Part shown: positions 27,591 through 38,715 of the stretch, one piece after another | How the letters are laid out: every line of letters starts with the position of its first letter | Numbering within the stretch: position 1 is the stretch's first letter | Assembly: GCA_028534125.1 (NCBI GenBank) | Contig: CM052818.1 | Span: 40,240,001-40,304,000 of the forward strand | Length of the DNA stretch: 64,000 bases | Reading direction: 5' to 3' | Origin: Lama glama | Lineage: Eukaryota | Program-made: the position numbers and the translations under genes | Notes under the pieces: generated by a model | Databases searched by the model: none | Told to the model about the DNA's origin: nothing | What the model saw: only the letters and a program-made list of their open reading frames with translations

Positions 27591-30500
27591 CTTATATGTA
27601 TTGCAGTTCGGTATCAGTCTTGCCAAGTGAGTCCCATTAAAGTGGAATGTATAGTGTGTCACCTGTTCTCCAGTGAAAAAATGATAATTGTATTGTGTGC
27701 TTGTTGAGTACTCAATTCTTTAAGCTTGATTACAGTTCTATGGAATCTCCACTGGATTTTAATCTTGTTCTAAAATGTTATGAATCTGTTCCCTCCCTCC
27801 TGATCTTCTTTCATACTGACTAGTCACTTCAGCTAGTTCCTTGCAAATAGAAGAGTTAACAATTTTACAATCTAAAGGATTTCTATGACGATTTGTGGAA
27901 AAGACAGAAAAGAAATGTAATTGTCTTCAGCCAAGGCCACCTACAAACTCACCAGTATATCTCACCAACCTCATCTCATAACACATACTCCTCTTACAAA
28001 TCCTCACTCTCAACAACCAACTTCAGGTTTAACCCCTTCTCCATCTCTGACCTCATTACACCAACAGGGATCTCCACCCAACTCATCTCATCTGTCATAA
28101 GGAAATACGGAATGGTCCATGTGTTTTTTCCAAGTATTCATTTCTCACAATGTCCCACAGAGAACACTTCAAAACAGGGAAACTGACTGCTATGGGAAAC
28201 AGCTTCTAGCTCCAAAAACTTTTCACTCAAATAAATATACATTTCTATTTCCATCTACCTGTCCAATTAAAGAGTAGTTAAGATGTCAGATATCCAATTC
28301 TACTAAGAAAATAAAATCAGCACTTGATAATGTGCTTTGTACATATAAAGTGTTTTAGTGTTAAGAACTATACATAATTCAAATCATTTTTAAAGTAATT
28401 TTCTAGAAAAAGCCAAATTGAAAAGAATGGGAAAGACAAGTCTATTATTTTTTGGTTGTTTTTTCTTTTTCTTTTATATAGGTACACAATTATGATAAAA
28501 ATATGTAGTTTCCAAGACACGTTTTGTTTTCTAAATAAATAACAATCAAATTAACTGTGCAAATCTTTGCACTCAGGAATAAATCAGAATTTTCCTACAC
28601 ATACTTTAGCCTTGAGGTTGGAACACAATGGTAAATTTCAGACAAACCCAGATTTTTTTTAAATCACATTTCTGGTTAACAGAAAGCAAGAACATGAAAT
28701 TTTAACTTTTGTTAGCCCAGGAAAATTGTCACAAGCTGGAAGCATTTGTGACATAGGTTTGCTGATGTGAACAAAACAACAGAGGGGTAGCTATTTTAAA
28801 AATACATAAGCATCTACTATGTGCTATGCACTGTGCTGAACAATGCAACGTCAGACCATCCTATCAATTATTTCATTAATGGGAAAATACATGGGAATGC
28901 TATCATTTGTCATCTTTAAAACACTTCAGAGTTTACAAGGGACATTCACAATCTACTAGTTCATATATTTTATTTTATTTTTTCCTACTAGTTCATGTAA
29001 AGTCTTTATAGCAAGTATTATGTGGTGGGTTGATTGATCCAAAAGACAAAAGAGGATGAAGAATTCTGCTTTGTTGCCAGATGTGGCCTACACAGAGCTT
29101 TCCCATGGTCATTTTAAAGCTCTGAAATGTCTCGGGAAGAAAGCAGCATGATGTGTGTAAAAATGTGATCAGAACAAAACAGTCATTCCTTATAATAGGT
29201 GTATCTGAAAATGATAAGAAAGAATTTAGCAAAAGACAGTATAACTAAATCACTGATCCAGACAGAAGAGGCATTTGAACCGCACTTTTAAATTATGGTA
29301 AAATTTATTTTTTATCCCAAGTTTAAATCAATAGGTATATATGCTTCCAAGCCTTTAAGAAGACATGGATTCAAAAAGATGTCCAAGATAATTTGACCTC
29401 AGCATATTGAGAAAGAGAATTAACTCAAATGGATAGCGCGTATGGTTTCAACCCTCAGACAGGCGCGTGCTGCACTCAGTGGGAACTGCGTGGGTGTTAG
29501 TGAGGGGAGAGCTGGCCTGAAATAATTAGAGAGACTTTTATGAACTTGAGCAAAATATATCATTAAATGTTTAGTTTCTACCAAGAACTACAGCTGCCCA
29601 GAAAAATCTTCATTCTGCTTTAATTTTGCCGAATGGCTAGGTATCAAACAGAACATCTTTCATGGTTTACTGAAAGTGTTCTTATTTTTTCTGGTAGGTT
29701 GGTTCAACCAGCAGTAAATATTATAAAAGGAAAGAAACAGAAGATAGATAAGATATTGATTATTTACAGAAATTACCTTTTCTGTTTTTTGTATATTTTT
29801 ACATAAAGATTTAACTATTCACTAGATAATTAAGTAATTTATTTACTTTGGTAACTAGCCAGGTGAAAATATCTAAATTCTATTCTTGGAAGTAAGAATT
29901 ATCTAATCATTCACAAGCTCTTATAATAAAACATTTATCATGAGTCATTAATCCATTAGGACTTATTTTCCGTCTCATCCTTTCACTAGCACCTTACTTT
30001 GAACGTAGTCAAGTTTGGCTGCAATTTTTCCTTTTATCATATATCACAGTTACAGGACGGGATGCACCAAAGCTGGATTCCAAAAACCCTGCACTCTGCT
30101 TGAACTTGGCATATAGAAACTCAACCACTGACTCTAGGGCTGAGACTCAGCCAGCCTCAAGGCCTGAGATCACGCTTGGATCATGGGGTACTAGATGTTT
30201 AGGGTTAGGAGACAGCAGGGGAAAAAATGTCTAGATGCAACATTCTCGCAGAGATTTAAAATTACTTAAATTCACAGGGCACATTCCTGTGGTCCTAAGG
30301 GTAGGACTAAGAAGGCTCTCCCTGCATCAGATCTTCTCACCTATGATCCTATCCTCAATCCTTCCACCTTCTAATTTGCATTGTTCTGGTCTGGTAGCCT
30401 TCCCTTAATTAATACACTTACACACTACAAAAGAGACTGCTTGAATGTTTCTTAGGCCTGAATAAGACCAACATATGTCTGCAGCTTCCTGTTCAATAGC

Positions 30501-30929
30501 AAGCTACATTTCCTCAGAACTTACTAATAGTGAAAGAATACAACATAAATAGGTATCTGTATTAAATCTGATTTTTGATGACTCAAAAAGGTAGCCAATG
30601 TTGCACTAAGAGAGGCAGAGGAGGAAGTAAAGGACGATTGCACTAAAGGTAAAAAGATTTGCATTTGAGTCCCTTTTCTCTCATTTATGAAAATTACTAC
30701 TGCTCTGTCCCTTTCATTGTATTGTTATAAAACTTAAGCTAGTGTTCAAGAACATATTTTGTAAACTACAAAGCAGCAAGAATATATATGTCATCATTGT
30801 CATAATCTATGTTGATGACCTAAAACTGCAATTTATTGAGCACCATACCTGGATTTATGCTGGCAACTGAAGAAATAAACAGTGGAGATATAGGCCCAAA
30901 TAAGCCAAAAAGTGCACAGTAATAGCTAC

Positions 30930-31070
30930 ATTATAGATGAGGAAACTGAGGGTCACAGAGATCAAGTGACTTGATCAAAGACACACAGCTACCAAGTGGC
31001 AAGGGCTGAAATTTCACCTGCAATCTGCTTGCCTAAGAGTCACTGGCTCTTGGGTCTACACCAATGAGCT
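30930..31070 (-). mobile_element. MIR SINE
   Basis: 'tatagatgaggaaactgagggtcacagagatcaagtgacttgatcaaagacacacagct'. Confidence 0.85.
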
Positions 31071-32319
31071 GCATTGTTTCGAAGGCCCAAATTCTCACAG
31101 AGGTTAATGGTTCTGCCTCCAGGGGATAAGCTCACCCAGAAGAAACCAAGTAGACTGAGCCACTGAAGAAGCACAGAAGAAAAAGAAACATAAAAAACAA
31201 GAAACAAGAAAGAGCTAGGTACCTTTTCCTTATGAAGGACGAGCATTTGAGGAAAGGTCATATACAACAATTTGAACAAGTTAGGACGTGCCATGGATAA
31301 CCATATTGCCATGATTCTTTTCAATTTAGAAGATGTACTTTAAATGTTTTGTTTGTTGTTTTCCCAAACTGGGACACAGCTTACAACTGATTATTAAAAG
31401 CAATTTGTCAGCAGCTAGACCGAGAAGTAATTGTGAGGACCTTGTACCCGCTCACTCATCCATGAACACAGCTCATACACAAGTCACCTGTTCATCAGGA
31501 GTCACCTCTGGTTAGTAATTCTCATTGGGAACATCACTCACAGCTTCAAACTCAGGTTTAGAATACCAATCGTTATTTAAAGTGCCTCAAGAAGACGGTA
31601 CTGTGAAGCAACATTGAAAATACAAGTTTTTTACATAAGCAGAATGCTTGTCACACACCAGGCAATTCAATTAATGTCAATAACAGTTGAGAATTTCTCA
31701 ACATTGACCATTTTTCTCAAGCCAGGAAGGCAGCAGTGACAGCAGCAGTCAGGGTCTGAGCCATGTTAATGGAGAGAGAAGCAAGCCCATTACCGGTGTC
31801 TTCTGTATCCTCGCAGACAGGACACACTGTCTTTCAAGCATCAAAAATTTGTCAGGAAGATTCTGGCTTCTCTCAAAAGAAGTTATTGAATTTCTAGTGA
31901 GAGGTAATTCAATTAAGGGGGAGGGAAGGAAACTCTGGTCTTCTCTGACAAAACTCTGACAAACCTCAAATTATACCTTCAGTCTTAAAGGTGCTAAGTC
32001 AAGATAACAAATATGAGTTGAACAAAGGTAGACTGTCACCATGATGTTCTCTGTAATCCCTAATGGCTAAATTGATTCGGGGGAAAAAAAAAGTTATAGT
32101 TCTTATTTTCAGGATTAGTCTCAATATGGATGTTGAAGCAAAAGAGAAAAATAGTATGTGCCACGTGGATTAATAGTGGTTAGTTAGAAAATAACAAAAA
32201 TAGCACATTTAAGCCATCCTCCCCCAAATGTTACTATTAAATCTAGTGATCAATTTATTATTATTGGTATCATAGAGTTAATGATATGTGATTAAAACTA
32301 TAAAAGTGAATAATCATCA

Positions 32320-32540
32320 GTACTAACCAGGCATTGTCTTGCTTCTTGCTTCTGTCTCCTTTAAACCTCACAATGATCCTATCTGAGAGGTATGTTATTT
32401 CCATTTTACAGATAAGAAAACTGAGATTCAGACAGAGATAAAATTTATTTTCACAACTCGGCTGTGAAAGGATTAATCCAGAATGTTAACCCAGGTGTCA
32501 CTCCTGACTGGTTCCACCCCTCACTGACCACACTACATGG
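32320..32540 (-). mobile_element. MIR SINE
   Basis: 'ccattttacagataagaaaactgagattcagacagagataaa'. Confidence 0.8.
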
Positions 32541-33146
32541 GTGAATCTGTCACTGAAAGAGCATTATTTGTCATCTATCCAAAGACGTTCCAGAGCTAAG
32601 ACAACACGGCTCCCTCTAATAGCCGAGGATGATCCAAAGGATACTGAAAAGACTGAGCTTTGGAGATCTCTTTCATTTCTAAATTATCTGTTTGCTATAC
32701 CATTGATTAAACTACTCTCTATGGGCCGTGTGTTAAGAACACATACAGGGCTTTCCTGTGTTTTTTTCCAGACACTCTAGGAGAGATTCTTGCCAAATGA
32801 AATGTGATATGCCCAGAGAAGCATCTCATGCCTTTTGACAGGGGCTTCTTAGGCACATGGGTTATGTCACTTTTGTTATCTATAACTCTTCTCTCCCACA
32901 AGCCCTGATAATACAAAGTAGACAATAAAACAATTAAAGTGGAACTATTTTTCAACTACCTCTCATCGGCAGCAGATCATTCACTCCTAACCTGGCTAGA
33001 CTGTTCCATCTCACACTCCAATCTCAGCTTATCTATAAAGCAGAGAGAGCCCCTCTCTGATCTCCTCCCTTAGTTTAATTCATCGGTCATTTAATGATAT
33101 CAAAACCAGACACATCCAAATGTCTCCATTCCCTGACACACTGCAG

Positions 33147-33346
33147 ATGGCCATGCTTCTGGTTTCTGAGGGAAAGTGGCAATGCCAAAAAGGTTCAGAG
33201 GCTCAATTCTTTTCTTTTCTCCCCACAGTAAGCTGTCTCTGCATGTTACACGTGTGTGTGTGTTTACTCACCCACACCACAGATACACCCACACATATAC
33301 ACCGCATGATCTGTGTGTGTGATCACATTACACCCTTCCCTTGACT
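33147..33346 (+). repeat. Left arm of a long inverted repeat
   Basis: Aligns by eye to the reverse complement of 34439-34644. Shared blocks include 'ccatgcttctggtttc', 'gctcaattcttttct', 'taagctgtctctgcatgtt', 'tgtgtgtttactcac', 'cacaccacagatacac' and 'cattacacccttccct'. Confidence 0.95.
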
Positions 33347-33792
33347 GGGAGAGATTAAGTTGGTTGTAGTCACAGGCCTCCGTTTTTGCTCTGTTAGGTT
33401 CTCTTGCCTGATGTCTTCAGCAGGGAGATACATCTTTAAATCATGCATTGTGCAAATTAAGCCAACAGTAGCCTAATTTCCATGTCACCTAGGTAAATAA
33501 TCCACGTATCAGCAGACTATGTAGACATTCCATTCATTCGGGAAATATTTTTTGAAGTACCCCTTACTTCAAGGTCCAGCTTAACTATCACTGTATCACC
33601 AAGGAAAAGAAGATGTACCCTCCCCACGCAAACAAAAAGGAACACGCTATTTTCATTTAGCGCAATAGGATTCAGCTTATTCCTGAGAGCTTTTCTGACT
33701 CAAAGAGAGGAGAGAAATCTGGAGGGAGGGCTGAGGACAGTGATTGTATTTATTTTTATTTCTTTCAACAGTCTATTTTTCAGTATCATTAT

Positions 33793-33909
33793 TAGTCTTG
33801 CAAGTGTAAGTCCTCAAAAAATTGAGTAAAAACTCAAAATTGTTCCTCTCCACAGAAATCTTTAGTAAAAGGAGATAGATCTATGTGATCTGAAGAGAAA
33901 CCAGATTAT
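33793..33909 (-). pseudogene. RNU5: Full-length U5 snRNA retrocopy (processed pseudogene)
   Basis: Minus strand reads ATAATCTGGTTTCTCTTCAGATCACATAGATCTATCTCCTTTTACTAAAGATTTCTGTGGAGAGGAACAATTTTGAGTTTTTACTCAATTTTTTGAGGACTTACACTTGCAAGACTA (117 nt). It is colinear with mammalian U5, about 85% identical to my recalled human sequence. The Sm site AATTTTTTG is intact, CpGs are lost and loop-1 GCCTTTTAC has become TCCTTTTAC. There is an A-rich tail and a flanking direct repeat AGTGATT (33739-33745 and 33910-33916). Confidence 0.93.
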
Positions 33910-34438
33910 AGTGATTTTTTAACACTTTTCATTCCCTATTAGTTGTCATTCTTACTTTTACAAGCATTGTTTTTTTCTATGAACATGAGAAATATGGCTG
34001 TTAAATGGCAGCTCCTTGTAAACCCTCTACATGCCAGTGCAAACAACTAACAATGTAAGTTCCTTATCTTTGTGAAATCTAGTACATATTCAGAAGGGTC
34101 CAATATATAGCCTTTGAATCCAAATTTTTTAAAGCCAAGTATTTGTAACACACCTATCAGGTATGCCTGTGCAATGATACAGTCACATGTTTCTCATTAG
34201 TTTTCTTCACCCTCACTGAAAAAAATAAATAAACCAAGTTTTTGCTGTGTGTGTGGACAAAGTCAATTCACTCAGGACTTTAAATCCTACATGGCTTGAA
34301 ATGTCCTTCATTGGAAGTGACAATTAATGAGGAAATATGTCCTACATCTCGATTTTAGTAAATTAATTAAATTATATTCAGAGGAAACAGGGCTTTGGTG
34401 TGGCTGTTTCAATTCTCAGGTGAGTCTAGGCTTAAGGT

Positions 34439-34644
34439 AGTCCAGGGAAGGGTGTAATGGGATCACACACTCAGAGCATGTGGTGTATATGCATGTATCT
34501 ATCAAGTGTATCTGTGGTGTGCGTGAGTAAACACACATCCACACGTAAACATGCAGAGACAGCTTATTGTGGAGAGAAAAGAATTGAGCATCCAACCCTT
34601 TTTTTGCATTGCCGCTATCCCTTGGAAACCAGAAGCATGGACAT
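34439..34644 (-). repeat. Right arm of the long inverted repeat
   Basis: Reverse complement of 33147-33346 with scattered substitutions and a few short indels. Confidence 0.95.
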
Positions 34645-35510
34645 GCACATGAAGCAATACATAACTGCGCTGTCCTGGTGGCAGGTGAGGAGATAAAAAT
34701 GCGCCATGGGACCCTGCCTTCTGATCTTCCATGATGAAAGTTTGGAAGTCAGCAGCATGTACTCTTCTCTGCAGGGAGACTTGTAAGAATGCTGAAGGAC
34801 CAACTCGAGAAGTCTCAGAGATTTCCCTTTGAATCTACACTCCAAACTTCTTAAAGCCTATGGAGAGAGTCCACCTTCTTCCCACCTTCTCAGAGTTGAC
34901 AGACAAGAGAATGGTATGTTTCAGTCTCTGTTCCATGGAGGCTAGAGCAGTATCTTTGGAAAAGAAAAAAAAAATGAGATCTGTGACTTTAAGTCAAGCA
35001 AAAGCTGAAAACTTGGAAACAGACATTCATATGCCTAAGTTCCAAAAGTCACAGGGGAAAAAAAAAAGGGAAAGTGTGGAAAAGAAACTTAAAATACATT
35101 CACTTTTCCTTTCTTCCCACTTGTTACACTGTGTTAAAGCTGGCTTTTCTGTCTGTCACTCACTCCTACTCCCATTCCCACTCCCCAGCCATCAACAGTA
35201 TAAAAGCTCCTCGAAGAGAAGGACCGATTTCCATTCTATCCCTGTGAAATAACTAAGTGTCGATGCTCAGCACATATGTATTCAAATAATGTGTTCACCA
35301 GAAAGGAAAACTTGTTTAAGGTGTTGGGGGCCGGAGTGCCACCAGCACCTAGTGAACCATGAAACCTGATTCTTCACCTCTTGGTCTTGTTTGGGAACAG
35401 ATGACCTGGAGTTTAGCTTGTCCTGATCACTGACTAGCCAGGAGATTTTGGATAACTCATTTTACTGTGCTGAGTTCAGAGACATTAATAAGGTTGCCAA
35501 TCTCTCAGCC

Positions 35511-35723
35511 TGGGAAGTAGCAGACACGTTGAACAGATAAACAAGATTACACTGTATAGCACAGGGAAATATACACAAAATGTTATGATATATCACAGAG
35601 AAAAAAATGTGACAATGAGTGTGTATATGTCCATGAATGAGTGAAAAATTGTGCGGAACACTGGAATTTGACACAACACTGTAAAATGATTATGAATCAA
35701 TAAAAAATGTAAAAAAAAAAAAA
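35511..35723 (+). mobile_element. Young 5'-truncated L1 3' end (camelid-type)
   Basis: 'agataaacaagattacactgtatagcacagggaaatat...ctggaatttgacacaacactgtaaaatgattat', AATAAA at 35699 and a pure A13 tail at 35711-35723. Confidence 0.85.
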
Positions 35724-36024
35724 GAAGATTCATTAAAAAGAACTTCCGACAAAAAAAAAAATAAAAAGGTTTCAGGTCACTATAATCAGGTGAATTTAAA
35801 AATCCCGTGGCCAGAAATCAGATGGAAAGTTAAACAAATGGGACAATGCGTATTTGTAACATGAATATGTTCAATACGCTAAAATACATCTGGGGGAATT
35901 GTCAGAAATAAGAAATTGACACTTACTATATGCCAGACCCTGCTTGAAGCACCTTACATATCGCAACTTGTTTACTGCTCATTACGTCCATGGAATGGAT
36001 GCTCTGCTCTGGGGGCTCCCCTTG

Positions 36025-36325
36025 TATCTCTTGCCCTATCTGCCTTGCTCTCCTGAAGAATATCTACTCAGCTCTCAAGACTTAGCATGAAAGTCACCTC
36101 TAAACTTCCCCTCCCTTCCTCTGTAGCTTCATTCTATCAAATATGGATTTCTAAGAAAACAATGACAAAAACGGTATTACTTACTTGTTTTTATATATGT
36201 GCCTCTCTTGTGAGACTATGAGCTCCTTGAGGGCAAAATATATATCCAATCTACTTCTGCATACTCAGAGTTAAGCATAATAAATTTTGCTTGTTACTAA
36301 TAAATGCTGCTAGATAAATAAATGA
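36025..36325 (+). mobile_element. L2 3' end, preceded by a MIR fragment at ~35910-36000
   Basis: 'gagactatgagctccttgagggca...taataaatgctgctagataaataaatga'. Confidence 0.7.
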
Positions 36326-37884
36326 TTGACCTAGGGCGTTTCTGTTTTTACAGCAGATTTATTGTATTTCAGATAGCCAAGCCTAACATAGAACTCTCTT
36401 ATGGGCTGCAAAAAAAAAAAAATTAAACAAAATTTCAGCCTGTGGAAACCCAAATACATCCAGCCAAAAGTATTCGACCTCTGTAAGATATCCTGGAAAA
36501 CAAAGTGGCAAACCACAAGGAAACTTTACAAGATTAACTACAATCTCCTCTGAGTTTGGGGGAAGAGAACAAATTTGAGCGTACCATCTTCCTGGGTAAC
36601 AAGGATGTTTAAACCAACACATTTAGGAAGCAGAGGAAGAGGGAAAGAGAGACACACACACATGTCTCAGGTGGGGGGGCCTGCATCCCACTCTCTTCAG
36701 ATGACACACTCCTTGGAAGATTTGGGGCGTTTCATACTTTGTCTACCACTGTTCTCATTTTTCTTCAAGGAGAAAGCCAAAGTGGAAGTGTTGGTATCAT
36801 TCTTTTTCTCTCTTCTTAACAATTAAAAATCTGCGTATATTCGAGTGTCTATAAATAGAGAAAATATAAGCTCTTTCTTGGGGCTGAGTTAATCTTGCCT
36901 CTGGATAAGACGTTAAAAGAAAGGTGATAATAGCCCCAGCTGATGACTTTGTTTATAACTCTTCTGTCCCTAGAAAAAGACCACCTGCATTTCTCTTGTA
37001 TCAACACACAGACTGAGCCTGGGGTGGGGAGGCCCACGACCCAGAGCTGCAAATCTTTATCCTGTTACCAGCATTTTTTTTTTCAGCTAGGCAGTGTGCT
37101 GAAGCCTTTATTTGACTTGTTCAAAAATCCCAAAATAAAAGCTATGATGAAACCCTTCCAAAAACACATTTTTGCAGAGCATGTAAAGCCTTTGATAATC
37201 CTTTCTTCCCTGTAAGATTAAAAGTATGTAAATCGCTGAGCACGGTGGTGGACCTGTCCAGGAAGTGGAAGGCGTCCTCCGCCCAGCTCCACAGGTCCCA
37301 GGCTGAGAGGCCGAGGCTGGCCACATTGTTTGACACGAGGGTTAGTTTTCAGATAGTGAAATTTCAGTTGCCAGGTGCCAGAGGCAATTTATCAGACACT
37401 CATAAAATAAAGATCAAAAAGCCCATCCGTCTCCCAGTGCATCTGGGATCTAGGAAGGAACACTCACAGCCCTCGATCCTTTAAACAGCTCTCACTTAAA
37501 GAGCTTGATGTTTATAATAACAAGAAAAGGAGAAAGGGGTCAGGTCAAATTCTGCCGAATAGCAGGTGTTGTTGTAAGTTTTTTGTTCTCTCTCTTTTTT
37601 TTTTTTTTAAAGTAATCTGAAAGAATATTGAGCTGTTCCAGTGGATGCCCTCCATATGCATTTAGTTTTTTTTATATGTTTCAACAGAAAATGTGACCTG
37701 AAAATCAGACAATAAAAAGCCTTTAACTTTAAAAACAAGTTTTTTGAAAAACTTAATGGACTAAATTAACTAAATAGAGGGAATCACATTTTTTAACAGC
37801 GTTACTACATGGTATCATCTGAGACTTATAATACACTTGCTAACACAGTAATTTCGAGAGACAGTAATTAACAACTGGTAATAA

Positions 37885-38020
37885 CACTTGCAAATATATT
37901 TGAACTTTATTCTTTATTATCCTCTTGAGGTGCCAAGGGATGAGACTTGCCTGAGGTCATGCAACATGTAAGTGACAGAAACACCTAGACCCTGGTCCTG
38001 GGACTCTGGACCCTCCACTC
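37885..38020 (-). mobile_element. MIR fragment
   Basis: 'gacttgcctgaggtcatgcaacatgtaagtgacaga'. Confidence 0.6.
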
Positions 38021-38342
38021 TCCCCTCTGGTGCTCCCTGCTTTGCCCTGAGTGGTCAACGCTGGGCGCATAACCTGCCTCAGTCTTTTCCACTGAATTGA
38101 AATTAATACATCTAAATTTTTGGTTGGTTAAAAGCCAATTTAGGGAAAGTTATTTATTTAAGAAATCCTTACCTTAAGTCCAAACTTTATTATTTTCCCA
38201 TTTTGTGAAGCAAATGGTATGATTTTATGTTAGGGACAATGTACATTTGCAAACAGTCATTTTACTCTTTTACTGTTTATGGCATAAAATTCAAAGCTAA
38301 GTATGTTGCCCACTAATATTAGGGCTTGGATTTCTTGGTACT

Positions 38343-38715
38343 GTATTCTTCCCTGTTTCCTTCTTCCCAACTTGCCACTTTATGCTTCTTTTTCTTTCCC
38401 CTTACGTCTCTGTTTCTCTCTCTCCCTCCTCCTGTTTCTTCTTCCTCTCCTTCCTTCTTCTTCCTCCTCCTCTTATCCTTATCCCTCTCTTTCTCCTCCT
38501 CCTCCACCTATATCCCCCTTCCTTTTCCTTTTTCTTCTTCTTCTTTTTTCCTTTTTAATCTTGAGATATACTTTTTTTTTAAATTTGTGAAAGAGGTGAA
38601 AAAGGTAGAAAGGAAGAGAAGTAGGAAAAACAGAGGGGAGGAGAGAGAAAAGAAAACAGAAGGGTGAAAAAAGAAATCGGAAAAGATACCATGAAGGAAA
38701 ACATAAATAAAAAAT
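38343..38715. repeat. Low-complexity CT-rich tract followed by GA-rich tract
   Basis: Near-pure pyrimidines at ~38343-38560, then near-pure purines at ~38590-38715. Confidence 0.85.

Noticed and set aside
29430..29520. CpG-rich patch as a tRNA or tRNA-derived SINE
   Set aside because: No cloverleaf and no A/B boxes (no GTTCRA).
33793..33980. Functional U5 snRNA gene
   Set aside because: The invariant loop-1 G is mutated, CpGs have decayed, and an A-rich tail and direct repeat are present. Upstream there is only a weak PSE half-match ('cttgtaaaagt') without the TCACC-like core.
37245..37484. GC-rich ORF as a coding exon
   Set aside because: No frame resembles a protein I recognise, and there is no convincing acceptor/donor pair.
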